In this document: positions 18,922-27,382 of the stretch, piece by piece
Layout of the letters: every line of letters begins with the position of its first letter
Numbering within the stretch: position 1 is the first letter of the stretch
Assembly: GCA_045121195.1 (NCBI GenBank)
Contig: JBGVFO010000152.1
Span: 1 to 45,329, forward strand
DNA from: Eubacteriales bacterium
GTDB lineage: Bacteria > Bacillota > Clostridia > Oscillospirales > CAG-272
Length of the DNA stretch: 45,329 nucleotides
Direction: 5' to 3'
Program-made: the position numbers and the translations under genes
The notes under the pieces: generated by a model
What the model was told of the DNA's origin: nothing
Databases searched by the model: none
The model's input: the letters and a program-made list of their open reading frames with translations, nothing else

Positions 18922-18962
18922 CAAGCCCGACGGCAATTTTCCGTCGGGCTTGCACCTTTTTT
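18922..18962 (+). terminator. Rho-independent terminator of the paralogue unit
   Basis: A 12-bp stem, CAAGCCCGACGG / CCGTCGGGCTTG, with a T-run at 18957-18962. Confidence 0.85.
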
Positions 18963-19014
18963 GGACGGCAGGCATACTGTGTATTGACACTATCGGAGCA
19001 GTAGGAGGTCTGAT

Positions 19015-20082
19015 ATGAGAGCCGATACACAACACAGAAGATATTTTGCCGCCTCCAACAGTAGCACGGGCTTTGTTAACTACTTTCCGCGTATCTTTGG
19101 CGAAGGCAGATGCAGACGCCTTTTTGTCATCAAGGGCGGTCCCGGAACGGGGAAAAGCAGCTTTATGAAGCATATAGGAAGTATGGCAGAGGAGAAGGGA
19201 CACACCGTCACCTACTATCTTTGCTCCTCCGATCCCGAGTCCCTTGACGGGCTCTTTATTGAGGAGCTTTCCGTCGGCTTCGTGGACGGTACGGCGCCGC
19301 ACGTCTGGGAGCCTGCGTCGGTTGGAGCGTTTGAGCAGATCGTAAATCTGGGAGATTTCTGGAACGGTGATCGCCTTATGGAAAGGCGTCCCGAAATCGA
19401 GGAGATCTCGGGAAAAAAGAAGGCGGGATATGGCAGGGCGTACCGATATCTCTCGGCATACGGAGCGCTTCTTTCGGCGGCGCAGGAATCGGTTTTGCCG
19501 TTTGTCGACAAAGAAAAGCTTTCGCGTGCGGCGGAGCGGTTGCTTTTGCGGTATGCGCCCCCTGCCGCGACACGTTTTCTTGAGGAGGTAGGGCTTTGTG
19601 ACTCCATCGGAATGGGAGGACGCGTGCGGTTGGATACCTACGAGAGATTTGCCAAGTGTCGCTGTCCCATTCAGGATCTCGGGGGAACGGCGCACCTATT
19701 CCTTGCAGCCCTGTATGCCCTTTGCCGTGAGCGCTGCATCTCGGTCCGCGTGTCCTACCATCCGATTTTGCCCCATCAGATCGACGCGCTGGAGTTGATA
19801 GACAACGGCGTTGTGTTCAGCTCGGCGGAGAGGGAAGAGGAGGATCGCGTCATCCATATGCGGCGTTTCGTGGACGCGGACGGATACCGAGGCGTGCGAG
19901 GCAATCTCCGCGAGAGCGCCGCACTTGGCGAGAGGTTGCTTACGTTGGCGGAGGGAGCGTTTACCGAGATCCGCGCGTGCCATTTTCAGCTTGAGAGGCT
20001 TTTCGGCGACACTATGGATTTTTCCGCCAAGGAGCAGTTTGAGGCGCGATTTGCCGACAGCCTGTTCTCCCATTCCCCATAA
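19015..20082 (+). CDS. Uncharacterised P-loop NTPase (resembles the PRK06851-type Firmicute ATPase family)
   Basis: 355 aa. The AGGAGG RBS is at 19003-19008. Walker A reads VIKGGPGTGKSSFMK, followed by CSSDPESLDG and VDGTAPH blocks that I associate with this family from memory. Confidence 0.75.
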   Translation: MRADTQHRRYFAASNSSTGFVNYFPRIFGEGRCRRLFVIKGGPGTGKSSFMKHIGSMAEEKGHTVTYYLCSSDPESLDGLFIEELSVGFVDGTAPHVWEPASVGAFEQIVNLGDFWNGDRLMERRPEIEEISGKKKAGYGRAYRYLSAYGALLSAAQESVLPFVDKEKLSRAAERLLLRYAPPAATRFLEEVGLCDSIGMGGRVRLDTYERFAKCRCPIQDLGGTAHLFLAALYALCRERCISVRVSYHPILPHQIDALELIDNGVVFSSAEREEEDRVIHMRRFVDADGYRGVRGNLRESAALGERLLTLAEGAFTEIRACHFQLERLFGDTMDFSAKEQFEARFADSLFSHSP

Positions 20083-20095
20083 AAGTGTATAATCT

Positions 20096-20128
20096 GTGCG
20101 GTTTCCCGAGGGAAGCCGCACGTTTTTT
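20096..20128 (+). terminator. Rho-independent terminator
   Basis: Stem TGCGGTTTCCC / GGGAAGCCGCA with one G-U pair, followed by TTTTTT at 20123-20128. Confidence 0.8.
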
Positions 20129-20142
20129 GTTCGTTTTTCGTC

Positions 20143-20171
20143 TTGACAGAGGGAAGCACGCGTGGTAAAAT
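20143..20171 (+). promoter_or_regulatory. sigma-A-type promoter upstream of the AEC transporter
   Basis: TTGACA (20143-20148), a 17-nt spacer, then TGgTAAAAT (-10 at 20166-20171). Confidence 0.6.
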
Positions 20172-20201
20172 AGGCGTGTATTTTGATTGGGGAGATGTGA
20201 C

Positions 20202-21146
20202 ATGGAGCTTTTTATTCCTACACTGAATCAGATGATCTATCTGGTAGCGTTTATTCTGATCGGCTATCTGCTGGCGCATTTTGGCGCCGTGAAGGCAGAG
20301 GCGGCGAGTATGCTTTCCAAGCTTGAAAATCTCGTCTTTATTCCCGCCCTTATGATGGGTACCTTTATGACCGACTTCTCGGTCGCCGACCTGAAGGCGT
20401 CGTGGAAGCTGATCTTGTTCAGTACCGTGATAGAGCTTGTTTTTCTTCCTCTTTCTCTGTGGGTGGGACGCAAATGCTCAAAAAAGGAATTTGAACAAAA
20501 GATCTTCGCGTACGGGCTTGCCTTCTCCAATTTCGGCTATATGGGACACGCCGTCGTCCGCGCCGTGTTCCCCGAGTATTTCAGCCAGTACGTTATGTTC
20601 ACCATGCCCCTTTACGTGATCATCTATACGTGGGCAGTTCCCGCGCTTCTTATGCCGAAGGAAGGGAAGCAGACCTGGAAGCAACGGCTCAAGGGCGTCT
20701 TCAATCCTATGGTGATCGGTATGCTTGCGGGCATTCTTGTGGGGCTGAGCGGACTTCGACTTCCGTCCAGTATCGTTTCTGTCGTGCAGACGGCGGGAAA
20801 CTGTATGTCCCCCATTGCCATGATGTTGACGGGTATCACGATTGCCTCCATCGATCTTTCCAAGGTATTCCGCTCGTGGAATATTTATCTTCTGACGGTA
20901 CTTCGGCTTATCGTCTATCCCCTCGTCGGACTTGCGGTGCTGATCCTTCTCCCTCTTCCCAACGTATATAAGATCTGCGCGGTTTGCGCGCTGGCGATGC
21001 CGCTTGGCTTGAGCAACGTGGTAATTCCTGCCGCATACGGAATGGATACCACCAAGGCGGCGGCGATGGCGCTGGTTTCCCACGTGCTTTCGATCATTAC
21101 CATTCCGCTGATGTTCATTCTCTTGAATCTGGCGCTGGTGGTATAA
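20202..21146 (+). CDS. AEC (auxin efflux carrier) family permease
   Basis: From ORF 20187..21146, with the start taken at MELFIPTLNQ. It is polytopic and hydrophobic throughout, with the two-repeat layout and N-terminal pattern typical of the membrane transport protein (PF03547-like) family. Confidence 0.8.
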   Translation: MELFIPTLNQMIYLVAFILIGYLLAHFGAVKAEAASMLSKLENLVFIPALMMGTFMTDFSVADLKASWKLILFSTVIELVFLPLSLWVGRKCSKKEFEQKIFAYGLAFSNFGYMGHAVVRAVFPEYFSQYVMFTMPLYVIIYTWAVPALLMPKEGKQTWKQRLKGVFNPMVIGMLAGILVGLSGLRLPSSIVSVVQTAGNCMSPIAMMLTGITIASIDLSKVFRSWNIYLLTVLRLIVYPLVGLAVLILLPLPNVYKICAVCALAMPLGLSNVVIPAAYGMDTTKAAAMALVSHVLSIITIPLMFILLNLALVV

Positions 21147-21155
21147 AAGAAATAT

Positions 21156-21184
21156 AGGGCTGTTCATCTGCAACAGCCCTTTTT
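21156..21184. terminator. Hairpin terminator between convergent genes
   Basis: Stem AGGGCTGTT / AACAGCCCT followed by TTTTGTTTT on the + strand. It sits between the AEC stop (21146) and the cysteine desulfurase stop (21188). Confidence 0.75.
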
Positions 21185-21187
21185 GTT

Positions 21188-22342
21188 TTATGAAAGAAGA
21201 TCGGAAAGCACCCCTGTAAGACGGTCAACGTCAGCCGCGGTGTTGAACATACCGAAGCTTGCCCGTACCGCGCCATCGGGCGGGGTCCCTATCGTGGCGT
21301 GTCCGAGCGCTGCGCAATGGTATCCGCCCCTTACGCAAATGCCGCGCCTTCCAAGCTCCCCGGCAAGCGCTTCCGAAGGGATTCCCTCGGCGCTGAACAG
21401 AAGGACCGAGCCGGAATAGTCGGGGGCGTGAACGGTGATCCGTGACAGAGAAGAAAGCCGCTCCTTGGCGCGGACAAAAAGACGGCGCTCGTGCGATGCG
21501 ATGGCATCGATACCGATACGGGAAACCGTTTGAATGCCACGGAGCAGACCTGCAATGGCAGGGGTCGGAAGGGTTCCGCTCTCATAGCGCTCGGGTGGCT
21601 GATCGGGCATATTGCCCTCCAGAGAAAGCAGCCCGTTGCCCCCTTCGACCAGGGTGGAGAGGGAGATAGGCTCCGAAAGCGCCAGAAGTCCTGCCCCCTG
21701 TATCCCGTAAAGTCCTTTATGTCCGGGCGCCGCCAGCGCGTCAATGTGCATCGCCTTCATATCGATGGGAAGATGACCTGCCGATTGAGCCGCGTCCACC
21801 GCGAAAACAAGACCGTGTCGATGACAGAAGGCGCCGATCTCCGCGATGGGAAGGACATAGGAGCAGATGTTGGAGGCGTGGGCACACAAAACCAGACGGG
21901 TGTTGGGCTTGAGCCGCTTGGCAATTCCCGCACAGATCCTTGTGGGAGAGGCGTTTTTTTGATTGCACATGGAGGGAAACAGGTCGTATTCGATCACGCC
22001 CTCCCGCGCCAGCTTCCAGATCGGGCGAAAGACCGCGTTATGCTCCAGATCACTGATGAGTACGTGATCGCCCCGTTTGAGAAATCCTTTAAGGAACAGG
22101 TTGATGGCGTAGGTGGTATTCATGGTAAAGATCACGGTTTCGGGCGTGTTGAGTCCCAATAGCTCCGCGGCGGCGCTTCGGCACTCAAAGATACGCTCCG
22201 CGGATGCCATGGCAAGGGGATGGGAGCCCCGTCCGGGGTTTCCGCAATAGCGGCGAATACAATCTCCCACCTCCGTCAGAACACCGAGAGGCTTCGGGAA
22301 GGTGGTTGCGGCATTATCCAGATAAATGGCTCGGGGGATCAT
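21188..22342 (-). CDS. Class V aminotransferase-fold cysteine desulfurase family protein
   Basis: From ORF 21188..22435, with the start at MIPRAIYLDNAATTFPKP (ATG 22342). The PLP-lysine motif APGHKGLYG is present, along with SDLEHNAV and the C-terminal CVRGGYHCA. The start overlaps the upstream ORF's stop as TGATG. Confidence 0.88.
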   Translation of the reverse strand: MIPRAIYLDNAATTFPKPLGVLTEVGDCIRRYCGNPGRGSHPLAMASAERIFECRSAAAELLGLNTPETVIFTMNTTYAINLFLKGFLKRGDHVLISDLEHNAVFRPIWKLAREGVIEYDLFPSMCNQKNASPTRICAGIAKRLKPNTRLVLCAHASNICSYVLPIAEIGAFCHRHGLVFAVDAAQSAGHLPIDMKAMHIDALAAPGHKGLYGIQGAGLLALSEPISLSTLVEGGNGLLSLEGNMPDQPPERYESGTLPTPAIAGLLRGIQTVSRIGIDAIASHERRLFVRAKERLSSLSRITVHAPDYSGSVLLFSAEGIPSEALAGELGRRGICVRGGYHCAALGHATIGTPPDGAVRASFGMFNTAADVDRLTGVLSDLLS

Positions 22343-22581
22343 CAAAGAAGCGCCCCTCCGCCGTTGTTGATATAACTGGTTACCGTGATGTTCTCGGCGT
22401 TTATAATCGCGCGCACCGACCGTTGCTCCGAGCAAGGAAATTCAACGCCGTACGCGCAGCCCCGACGCGTCATAGAAGCGTCCAGCTTGACGATCTCGCA
22501 GGGGATCTCCGCTTCGGCGAGGGCGCGTTGCGCCTTGATCGCATAGGTGAGAGATCCCAGCGCAGCAGTACACTGTTTCAT
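22342..22581 (-). CDS. DUF3343-like small putative S/Se carrier protein
   Basis: 79 aa: MKQCTAALGSLTYAIKAQRALAEAEIPCEIVKLDASMTRRGCAYGVEF... The pattern and size fit DUF3343. It is translationally coupled to the desulfurase. Confidence 0.65.
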   Translation of the reverse strand: MKQCTAALGSLTYAIKAQRALAEAEIPCEIVKLDASMTRRGCAYGVEFPCSEQRSVRAIINAENITVTSYINNGGGALL

Positions 22582-22688
22582 ATCCGCACTTCCTTTCCGA
22601 GCAGTCTTCGGGAGTCCCGTATGCTCTGCTTTACAGATTGCCGCAGCACCTTCAATGTCAATATATGAGGATGGCTGTCGAAGGGTGC

Positions 22689-22712
22689 AAAAAAGCCCCG
22701 CTTATGCGGGGC
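22689..22712 (-). terminator. Rho-independent terminator of murE
   Basis: On the minus strand, stem GCCCCGC / GCGGGGC with loop ATAA, followed by TTTTTT (the complement of the A-run at 22689-22694). It begins 6 nt after the murE stop. Confidence 0.8.
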
Positions 22713-22717
22713 TTTCA

Positions 22718-24211
22718 TTACGGCTTTCCTGCGAGCGCCGCGGCGGCGTCAAGGAGGATCTCCCGTTCGGAGAAGGGTCGCTTTTCACCGAGAATGAGCT
22801 GATAGTCCTCGTGTCCCTTTCCCGCCAGCAGGAAGACGTCACCCTCGCGGGCAATGCTTACGGCATAGCGGAGCGCTTCCTCGCGGTCGGGGATACGGAC
22901 AAAGGGACAGCCTCCAAAGCGGAATTGGGAGGCAATATCGTCAAGGATGGCGTCGGGATCCTCAAAATCGGGGTTGTCCGAGGTGAGAATGCAAAGGTCG
23001 GCGAGCTCGGCGGCGACCGAGCCAAGCTCTACGCGGCGTCCCTTGGTACGACCGCCTACGGAGCCGAACAGACAGATCAGACGGCTTGGCTTGTACAACC
23101 GCAGGGTCTCCAGCGCCGACGTCAGACTGGCGCGATTGTGGGCGTAATCGATGATAAAGGTGGCGTAGGGTAGAGCGCGAACCATCTCAAACCGTCCCTT
23201 GATGTATACGTTTTTGAGGCTGTCAGCGATCTCGTCGAGGGAAAGACCGCAGACGTGGCAGGTCGCGATCGCCGCCAAAGCGTTGTAGACGCTGAATTTC
23301 CCCGGGAAATTGAGGGTGGCGTCAAGGGTCTTTCCCTGATGCTCGTAGCGAAAATTGATGCCAAGGCAGTCGGATTGACGGAACAGGGTGGCGTCGGTCG
23401 CCCGATAGTCGGAGGGGGAGTCGGCGGAGAAGCCGATCACGGTCGTCCCCGCGGGGGCGGCGGACATCATTTCCGCGCCATAGGGATCGTCGGTGTTGTA
23501 GAGCAACGTTCCTGCGCCGAAATCGGAGAACAGGGACTTCTTGCAATTTTTGTAGTGGTCAAAATCGGGATGCTCACTGCCGCCGATATGATCCTCGGAA
23601 AGATTAGTGAAAAGACAAATATCAAAGGAAATGCCGTGAACACGGTGCAGATACAGCGCCTGGGAGGAAACCTCCATAACGAGATATTTGACGCCCACGT
23701 TTACCATTTCCCGCATAAACATTTGCAGGGTGTAGCTTTCGGGGGTGGTGTTGGGCGTTTCGCCGTGGAAGGAGCGGTAGTCGATCCCGTTGGAGCCAAT
23801 ATAGCCGCAGGGAAGTCCGCGAGCATTGAGGATGTTGTAGATCATAAGTGCGGTGGTGGTCTTTCCCTTGGTTCCCGTAATGCCGATGACGACCAGCTCG
23901 TCCGCGGGATCACCGAAAAATCTAGCGGACAGCTCGGCCAGAGAAATACGGGTGTCCTCGCAAAGGATCACCGTGGCGTCCTCGCCCAGATCGGGGAGGG
24001 AATGCTCGGCGGCAAAGATCCGACATCCGCGGTCGTACGCCATACGCGCGTAGTCGTGACCGTCTACCGTCGCTCCCTTAATGCAGACGAAAATACAGTT
24101 GCCTCCCGCCTTTCTGGAGTCGTGGCACAGGGAAGAAATTCTATGAGAAAGATCGGCGTTTTCGGGAACCGTAATGCCCGAAAGTCCGTGTAGCAGGTCG
24201 GAAAGCTTCAT
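22718..24211 (-). CDS. murE: UDP-N-acetylmuramoyl-L-alanyl-D-glutamate--2,6-diaminopimelate ligase
   Basis: From ORF 22718..24616, with the start at MKLSDLLHGLSG (ATG 24211, GGAGA RBS). Mur ligase motifs are present: GITGTKGKTTT, the DNPR-like TSDNPDFEDP and GKGHEDYQ. Confidence 0.92.
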   Translation of the reverse strand: MKLSDLLHGLSGITVPENADLSHRISSLCHDSRKAGGNCIFVCIKGATVDGHDYARMAYDRGCRIFAAEHSLPDLGEDATVILCEDTRISLAELSARFFGDPADELVVIGITGTKGKTTTALMIYNILNARGLPCGYIGSNGIDYRSFHGETPNTTPESYTLQMFMREMVNVGVKYLVMEVSSQALYLHRVHGISFDICLFTNLSEDHIGGSEHPDFDHYKNCKKSLFSDFGAGTLLYNTDDPYGAEMMSAAPAGTTVIGFSADSPSDYRATDATLFRQSDCLGINFRYEHQGKTLDATLNFPGKFSVYNALAAIATCHVCGLSLDEIADSLKNVYIKGRFEMVRALPYATFIIDYAHNRASLTSALETLRLYKPSRLICLFGSVGGRTKGRRVELGSVAAELADLCILTSDNPDFEDPDAILDDIASQFRFGGCPFVRIPDREEALRYAVSIAREGDVFLLAGKGHEDYQLILGEKRPFSEREILLDAAAALAGKP

Positions 24212-24570
24212 AATGCGGAATCTCCTTGCTCTATGAAAGTCCACTCGATGACGTAGCTTGCCTCGAGGGCGGTTTGATGGGATCTTACAAATTGATAAGC
24301 CTCTTCGGTTACGGGGATCAGTCGCATACACCGTCCCCCGTTTCGTGCCGCAAGATCGGCAAGCTCCATAGCGAGAATGTCGGAATAGCCACGCGCCGAG
24401 CTGCGAACAAGCCTTGCGAAGGGAATGAGGGCGAACGGAAGAGGAAAGCGTCGCGCTACAACGGTGGGGCGGCTTCCCGTTTTTTGGTAGAGCTGCCACA
24501 GAAGGCGGATCCTTGGAAGCCCCAAGATCAAAGCACCCGTATTGGCGCGGAGAAAGGATTTCTGAAGCAA
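24208..24570 (-). CDS. Hypothetical 120-aa protein coupled to murE (possible GNAT-like C-terminal motif)
   Basis: Its stop overlaps the murE start as ATGA. The segment ARGYSDILAMELADLAARNGGRCMRLIPVTEEAYQFV weakly resembles GNAT motif A/B. I recognise no convincing family. Confidence 0.35.
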   Translation of the reverse strand: MLQKSFLRANTGALILGLPRIRLLWQLYQKTGSRPTVVARRFPLPFALIPFARLVRSSARGYSDILAMELADLAARNGGRCMRLIPVTEEAYQFVRSHQTALEASYVIEWTFIEQGDSAL

Positions 24571-24869
24571 TGGGGCACCGCCTTTCTGATAAAATCGTTA
24601 TATTATAGTATAGCATAAAACGGAAGATTTTTCAAAGCTTTTTGTGGGAATTTTGCAAATCAAGCGAAAATTTTGTTGAATTTGACGGCTTTGCGGAAAA
24701 AAAGTTTCCAATATGCAATAAAAATTGCGATAATATGCAAAATCTTTGCAGATAGTGTGTTGTATAATAAAATGGAATAGAAATGTTCATCGAAAGAAAT
24801 TGCGATCCCGATGTGCCGACGCCAAAGGGGATATTCGCGTAAACTTGCGTCGGGGAAAGAGGTAAAAAT

Positions 24870-25697
24870 ATGGCAAACAAGGTATGTGTCATTACCGGTG
24901 CGGGAGGCGTTCTTTGCTCGTCCTTCGCAGAAGAAATGGCAAAGCTCGGCTACTCCGTAGCGCTTCTCGATCTGAACGAGGAGGCGGCGCAGGAGGTTGC
25001 TGACAAGATCAACGCGGCTGGTGGCGTAGCAAAGGCTTACAAGACCAACGTGCTTGATAAGGCAGTAATCGAGGAGGTTCACGAAAAGGTTCTCGCAGAT
25101 CTCGGCAAGTGCACGATCCTCATCAACGGTGCCGGCGGAAACAATCCCCGCGCAACCACCGATCACGAGACCTTTGAGATGGGCGATGAGAGCCGCGAGG
25201 ACATCAAGACCTTCTTCAACCTTGACAAGTCCGGCTTCGAGTTCGTTTTCAACCTTAACATTATGGGAACCCTTCTTCCCACGCAGGTATTTGCAAAGGA
25301 TATGGTAGGTGAGGAAGGCTGCAGCATTCTGAACATATCCTCCATGAATGCGTTTACGCCTCTTACCAAGATTCCCGCATACAGCGCCGCGAAGGCGGGT
25401 ATCTCCAACTTTACCCAGTGGCTTGCCGTTCACTTTGCTGAGGCAGGAATCCGTGTCAACGCCATCGCGCCCGGCTTCTTCGTAACCAAGCAGAACGAAA
25501 AGCTTCTCTTTAACGAGGACGGTACGCCCACGGCAAGAACGGGCAAGATCCTTCGCGCAACGCCCATGAACCGTTTCGGCGAGGCAGACGAGCTTCTCGG
25601 CGCGCTTCGCTTCTTCACCAATCCCGCTGAGTCGGGCTTCGTGACCGGCGTTGTCCTTCCCGTTGACGGCGGCTTTTCCGCATATTCGGGCGTATAA
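24870..25697 (+). CDS. SDR-family oxidoreductase (mannonate/fructuronate-reductase-like subgroup)
   Basis: 275 aa. It has the cofactor motif ITGAGGVLC, then NGAGGN, and the catalytic YSAAK within ISSMNAFTPLTKIPAYSAAKAG. Confidence 0.88.
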   Translation: MANKVCVITGAGGVLCSSFAEEMAKLGYSVALLDLNEEAAQEVADKINAAGGVAKAYKTNVLDKAVIEEVHEKVLADLGKCTILINGAGGNNPRATTDHETFEMGDESREDIKTFFNLDKSGFEFVFNLNIMGTLLPTQVFAKDMVGEEGCSILNISSMNAFTPLTKIPAYSAAKAGISNFTQWLAVHFAEAGIRVNAIAPGFFVTKQNEKLLFNEDGTPTARTGKILRATPMNRFGEADELLGALRFFTNPAESGFVTGVVLPVDGGFSAYSGV

Positions 25698-25718
25698 TCG
25701 GGAAAGGAGCCTGTAAAA

Positions 25719-26561
25719 ATGGCAGACATTAAGCTTTGTGCATTTGCCGATGAGGCTGACGACTCCCTTGCGGGGCAGATCAAGGCGATGCAGGAAAACG
25801 GTATCGGGCTTCTTGAGCTCCGCACCATTGAAAAGAAAAACGTAACCAAGTTCACCGATGCAGAGGTGAAGGAATATAAGAAGCAGCTTGACGACGCAGG
25901 GATCAAGGTTTGGTCCATCGGTTCTCCCATCGGTAAGGTAAAGATCACCGATGATTTCAACGTGGATCTTGACCTTTGCAAGCGTACCGTTGAGATCGCG
26001 AATATGTTTGGCGCGAAGAGCATCCGTATGTTCAGCTTCTACGGAACGAACGGAGAGGCTTGCTACCGCGACGAGGTTATGGAGCGCCTTGCGAAGTACG
26101 TAGAAACTACCAAGGGAACCGACGTTACCCTTTGCCACGAGAACGAGAAGGGCATCTACGGTGATATCGCCCTTCGCTGCAAGGAGATCCACGAGGCGAT
26201 CCCGCAGTTGAAGTCGGTATTTGACCCCGCGAACTTTGTTCAGGTCGGTCAGGATACCCTTGAGGCGTGGGATATGCTTGAACCCTATGTGTTCTACGGA
26301 CATATCAAGGATTCGCTTGCCGACGGCAACATCGTTCCTCCCGGAAAGGGAATCGGACATATTGCCGAGTACCTGCCCAAGTTTGTGGCTAAGGGCTGCA
26401 ATGTTCTAACCCTTGAGCCCCACCTCTCTGTGTTCAGTGCTCTTAAAAGCCTTGAGGAAGAGGGCGAGGAGAGCAAGGTCGGCCTCTATAAGTTCGCATC
26501 CAAGCGCGAGGCGTTTGATTGTGCGGTCAATTCTTTGAAAGACATTATAAAGGAGATATAA
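25719..26561 (+). CDS. Xylose-isomerase-like TIM-barrel protein (sugar phosphate isomerase/epimerase family)
   Basis: 280 aa. The pattern GIGLLELR ... IRMFSF ... LCHENE ... DPANF is typical of the AP-endonuclease-2/XI-like TIM family. Confidence 0.82.
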   Translation: MADIKLCAFADEADDSLAGQIKAMQENGIGLLELRTIEKKNVTKFTDAEVKEYKKQLDDAGIKVWSIGSPIGKVKITDDFNVDLDLCKRTVEIANMFGAKSIRMFSFYGTNGEACYRDEVMERLAKYVETTKGTDVTLCHENEKGIYGDIALRCKEIHEAIPQLKSVFDPANFVQVGQDTLEAWDMLEPYVFYGHIKDSLADGNIVPPGKGIGHIAEYLPKFVAKGCNVLTLEPHLSVFSALKSLEEEGEESKVGLYKFASKREAFDCAVNSLKDIIKEI

Positions 26562-26565
26562 GATT

Positions 26566-27360
26566 ATGATTCTCGGTGCACAGCTTTTTACACTCAGAAA
26601 CTTCTGTAAGACCCCCGAGGCTCTTGACGAGACCCTCAAGAAGGTAGCCGACATCGGCTTTACCGCCGTTCAGCTTTCCGGCGTTTGCGCGTACGATGCA
26701 GAATGGGTTGCCGAGAGATGCCGTGAGTACGGTCTGAAGATCGTGATCACCCACTTTGATTACAACAAGATCATCAATGATACCGAGGCGACCATTGATT
26801 TCCACAAGAAGATGGATTGCCCCTATATCGGTCTTGGCTCCGCAAAGGGCGCTATGGTCGGCGACAGCTATAATAACCTTGTAAACGAGATCCCCGAGGC
26901 GGTTGAGAAGATCGCCGCAAGCGGCCTCAAGTTTATGTACCATAACCACAACCAGGAGTTCGCGAGAAATCCCGAGACGGGCAATCTCTTCATTGACGAT
27001 CTTTGCGCGAGATTCCCCGCAGAGCAGCTCGGCATTACCCTGGATACGTACTGGGTACAGGCAGGCGGCGCGGATCCCGCGGCTTGGATCAGAAAGCTGA
27101 AGGGAAGAACCCCCGTGGTTCACTTCAAGGATATGACCACCTACGTTCATCTTCCCGAGGGTGAGAAGTGGCCCAAGCGCGACCAGCGCATTGCCGCTAT
27201 CGGCGAGGGTAATATGAACTACGACGCCATCATCGAGGCTTGCCTTGAGTGCGGCGTTGAGTACGGCTTCGTTGAGCTGGATGACTGCTACGGCGCAGAT
27301 CCCTTCGACGCTATGAAGAGAAGCTACGAGTTCCTTACCACAAGATACGGCTTGAAGTAA
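26566..27360 (+). CDS. Xylose-isomerase-like TIM-barrel protein (second, divergent copy)
   Basis: 264 aa. It begins GAQLFTLRN, with GFTAVQLSG, YHNHNQEF and LDTYW motifs. It starts 4 nt after the previous stop. Confidence 0.82.
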   Translation: MILGAQLFTLRNFCKTPEALDETLKKVADIGFTAVQLSGVCAYDAEWVAERCREYGLKIVITHFDYNKIINDTEATIDFHKKMDCPYIGLGSAKGAMVGDSYNNLVNEIPEAVEKIAASGLKFMYHNHNQEFARNPETGNLFIDDLCARFPAEQLGITLDTYWVQAGGADPAAWIRKLKGRTPVVHFKDMTTYVHLPEGEKWPKRDQRIAAIGEGNMNYDAIIEACLECGVEYGFVELDDCYGADPFDAMKRSYEFLTTRYGLK

Positions 27361-27382
27361 TTTTTGAAAGGAAATACTTATC

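Noticed and set aside
19215-20279. Numerous 60-140-aa ORFs inside or opposite the P-loop ATPase gene and its 3' flank. Examples are 19215..19607, 19696..20121 and 19986..20279.
   Set aside because: They overlap a longer ORF that has an RBS and a Walker A motif. They are Arg/Ser/Pro-rich with no start context.
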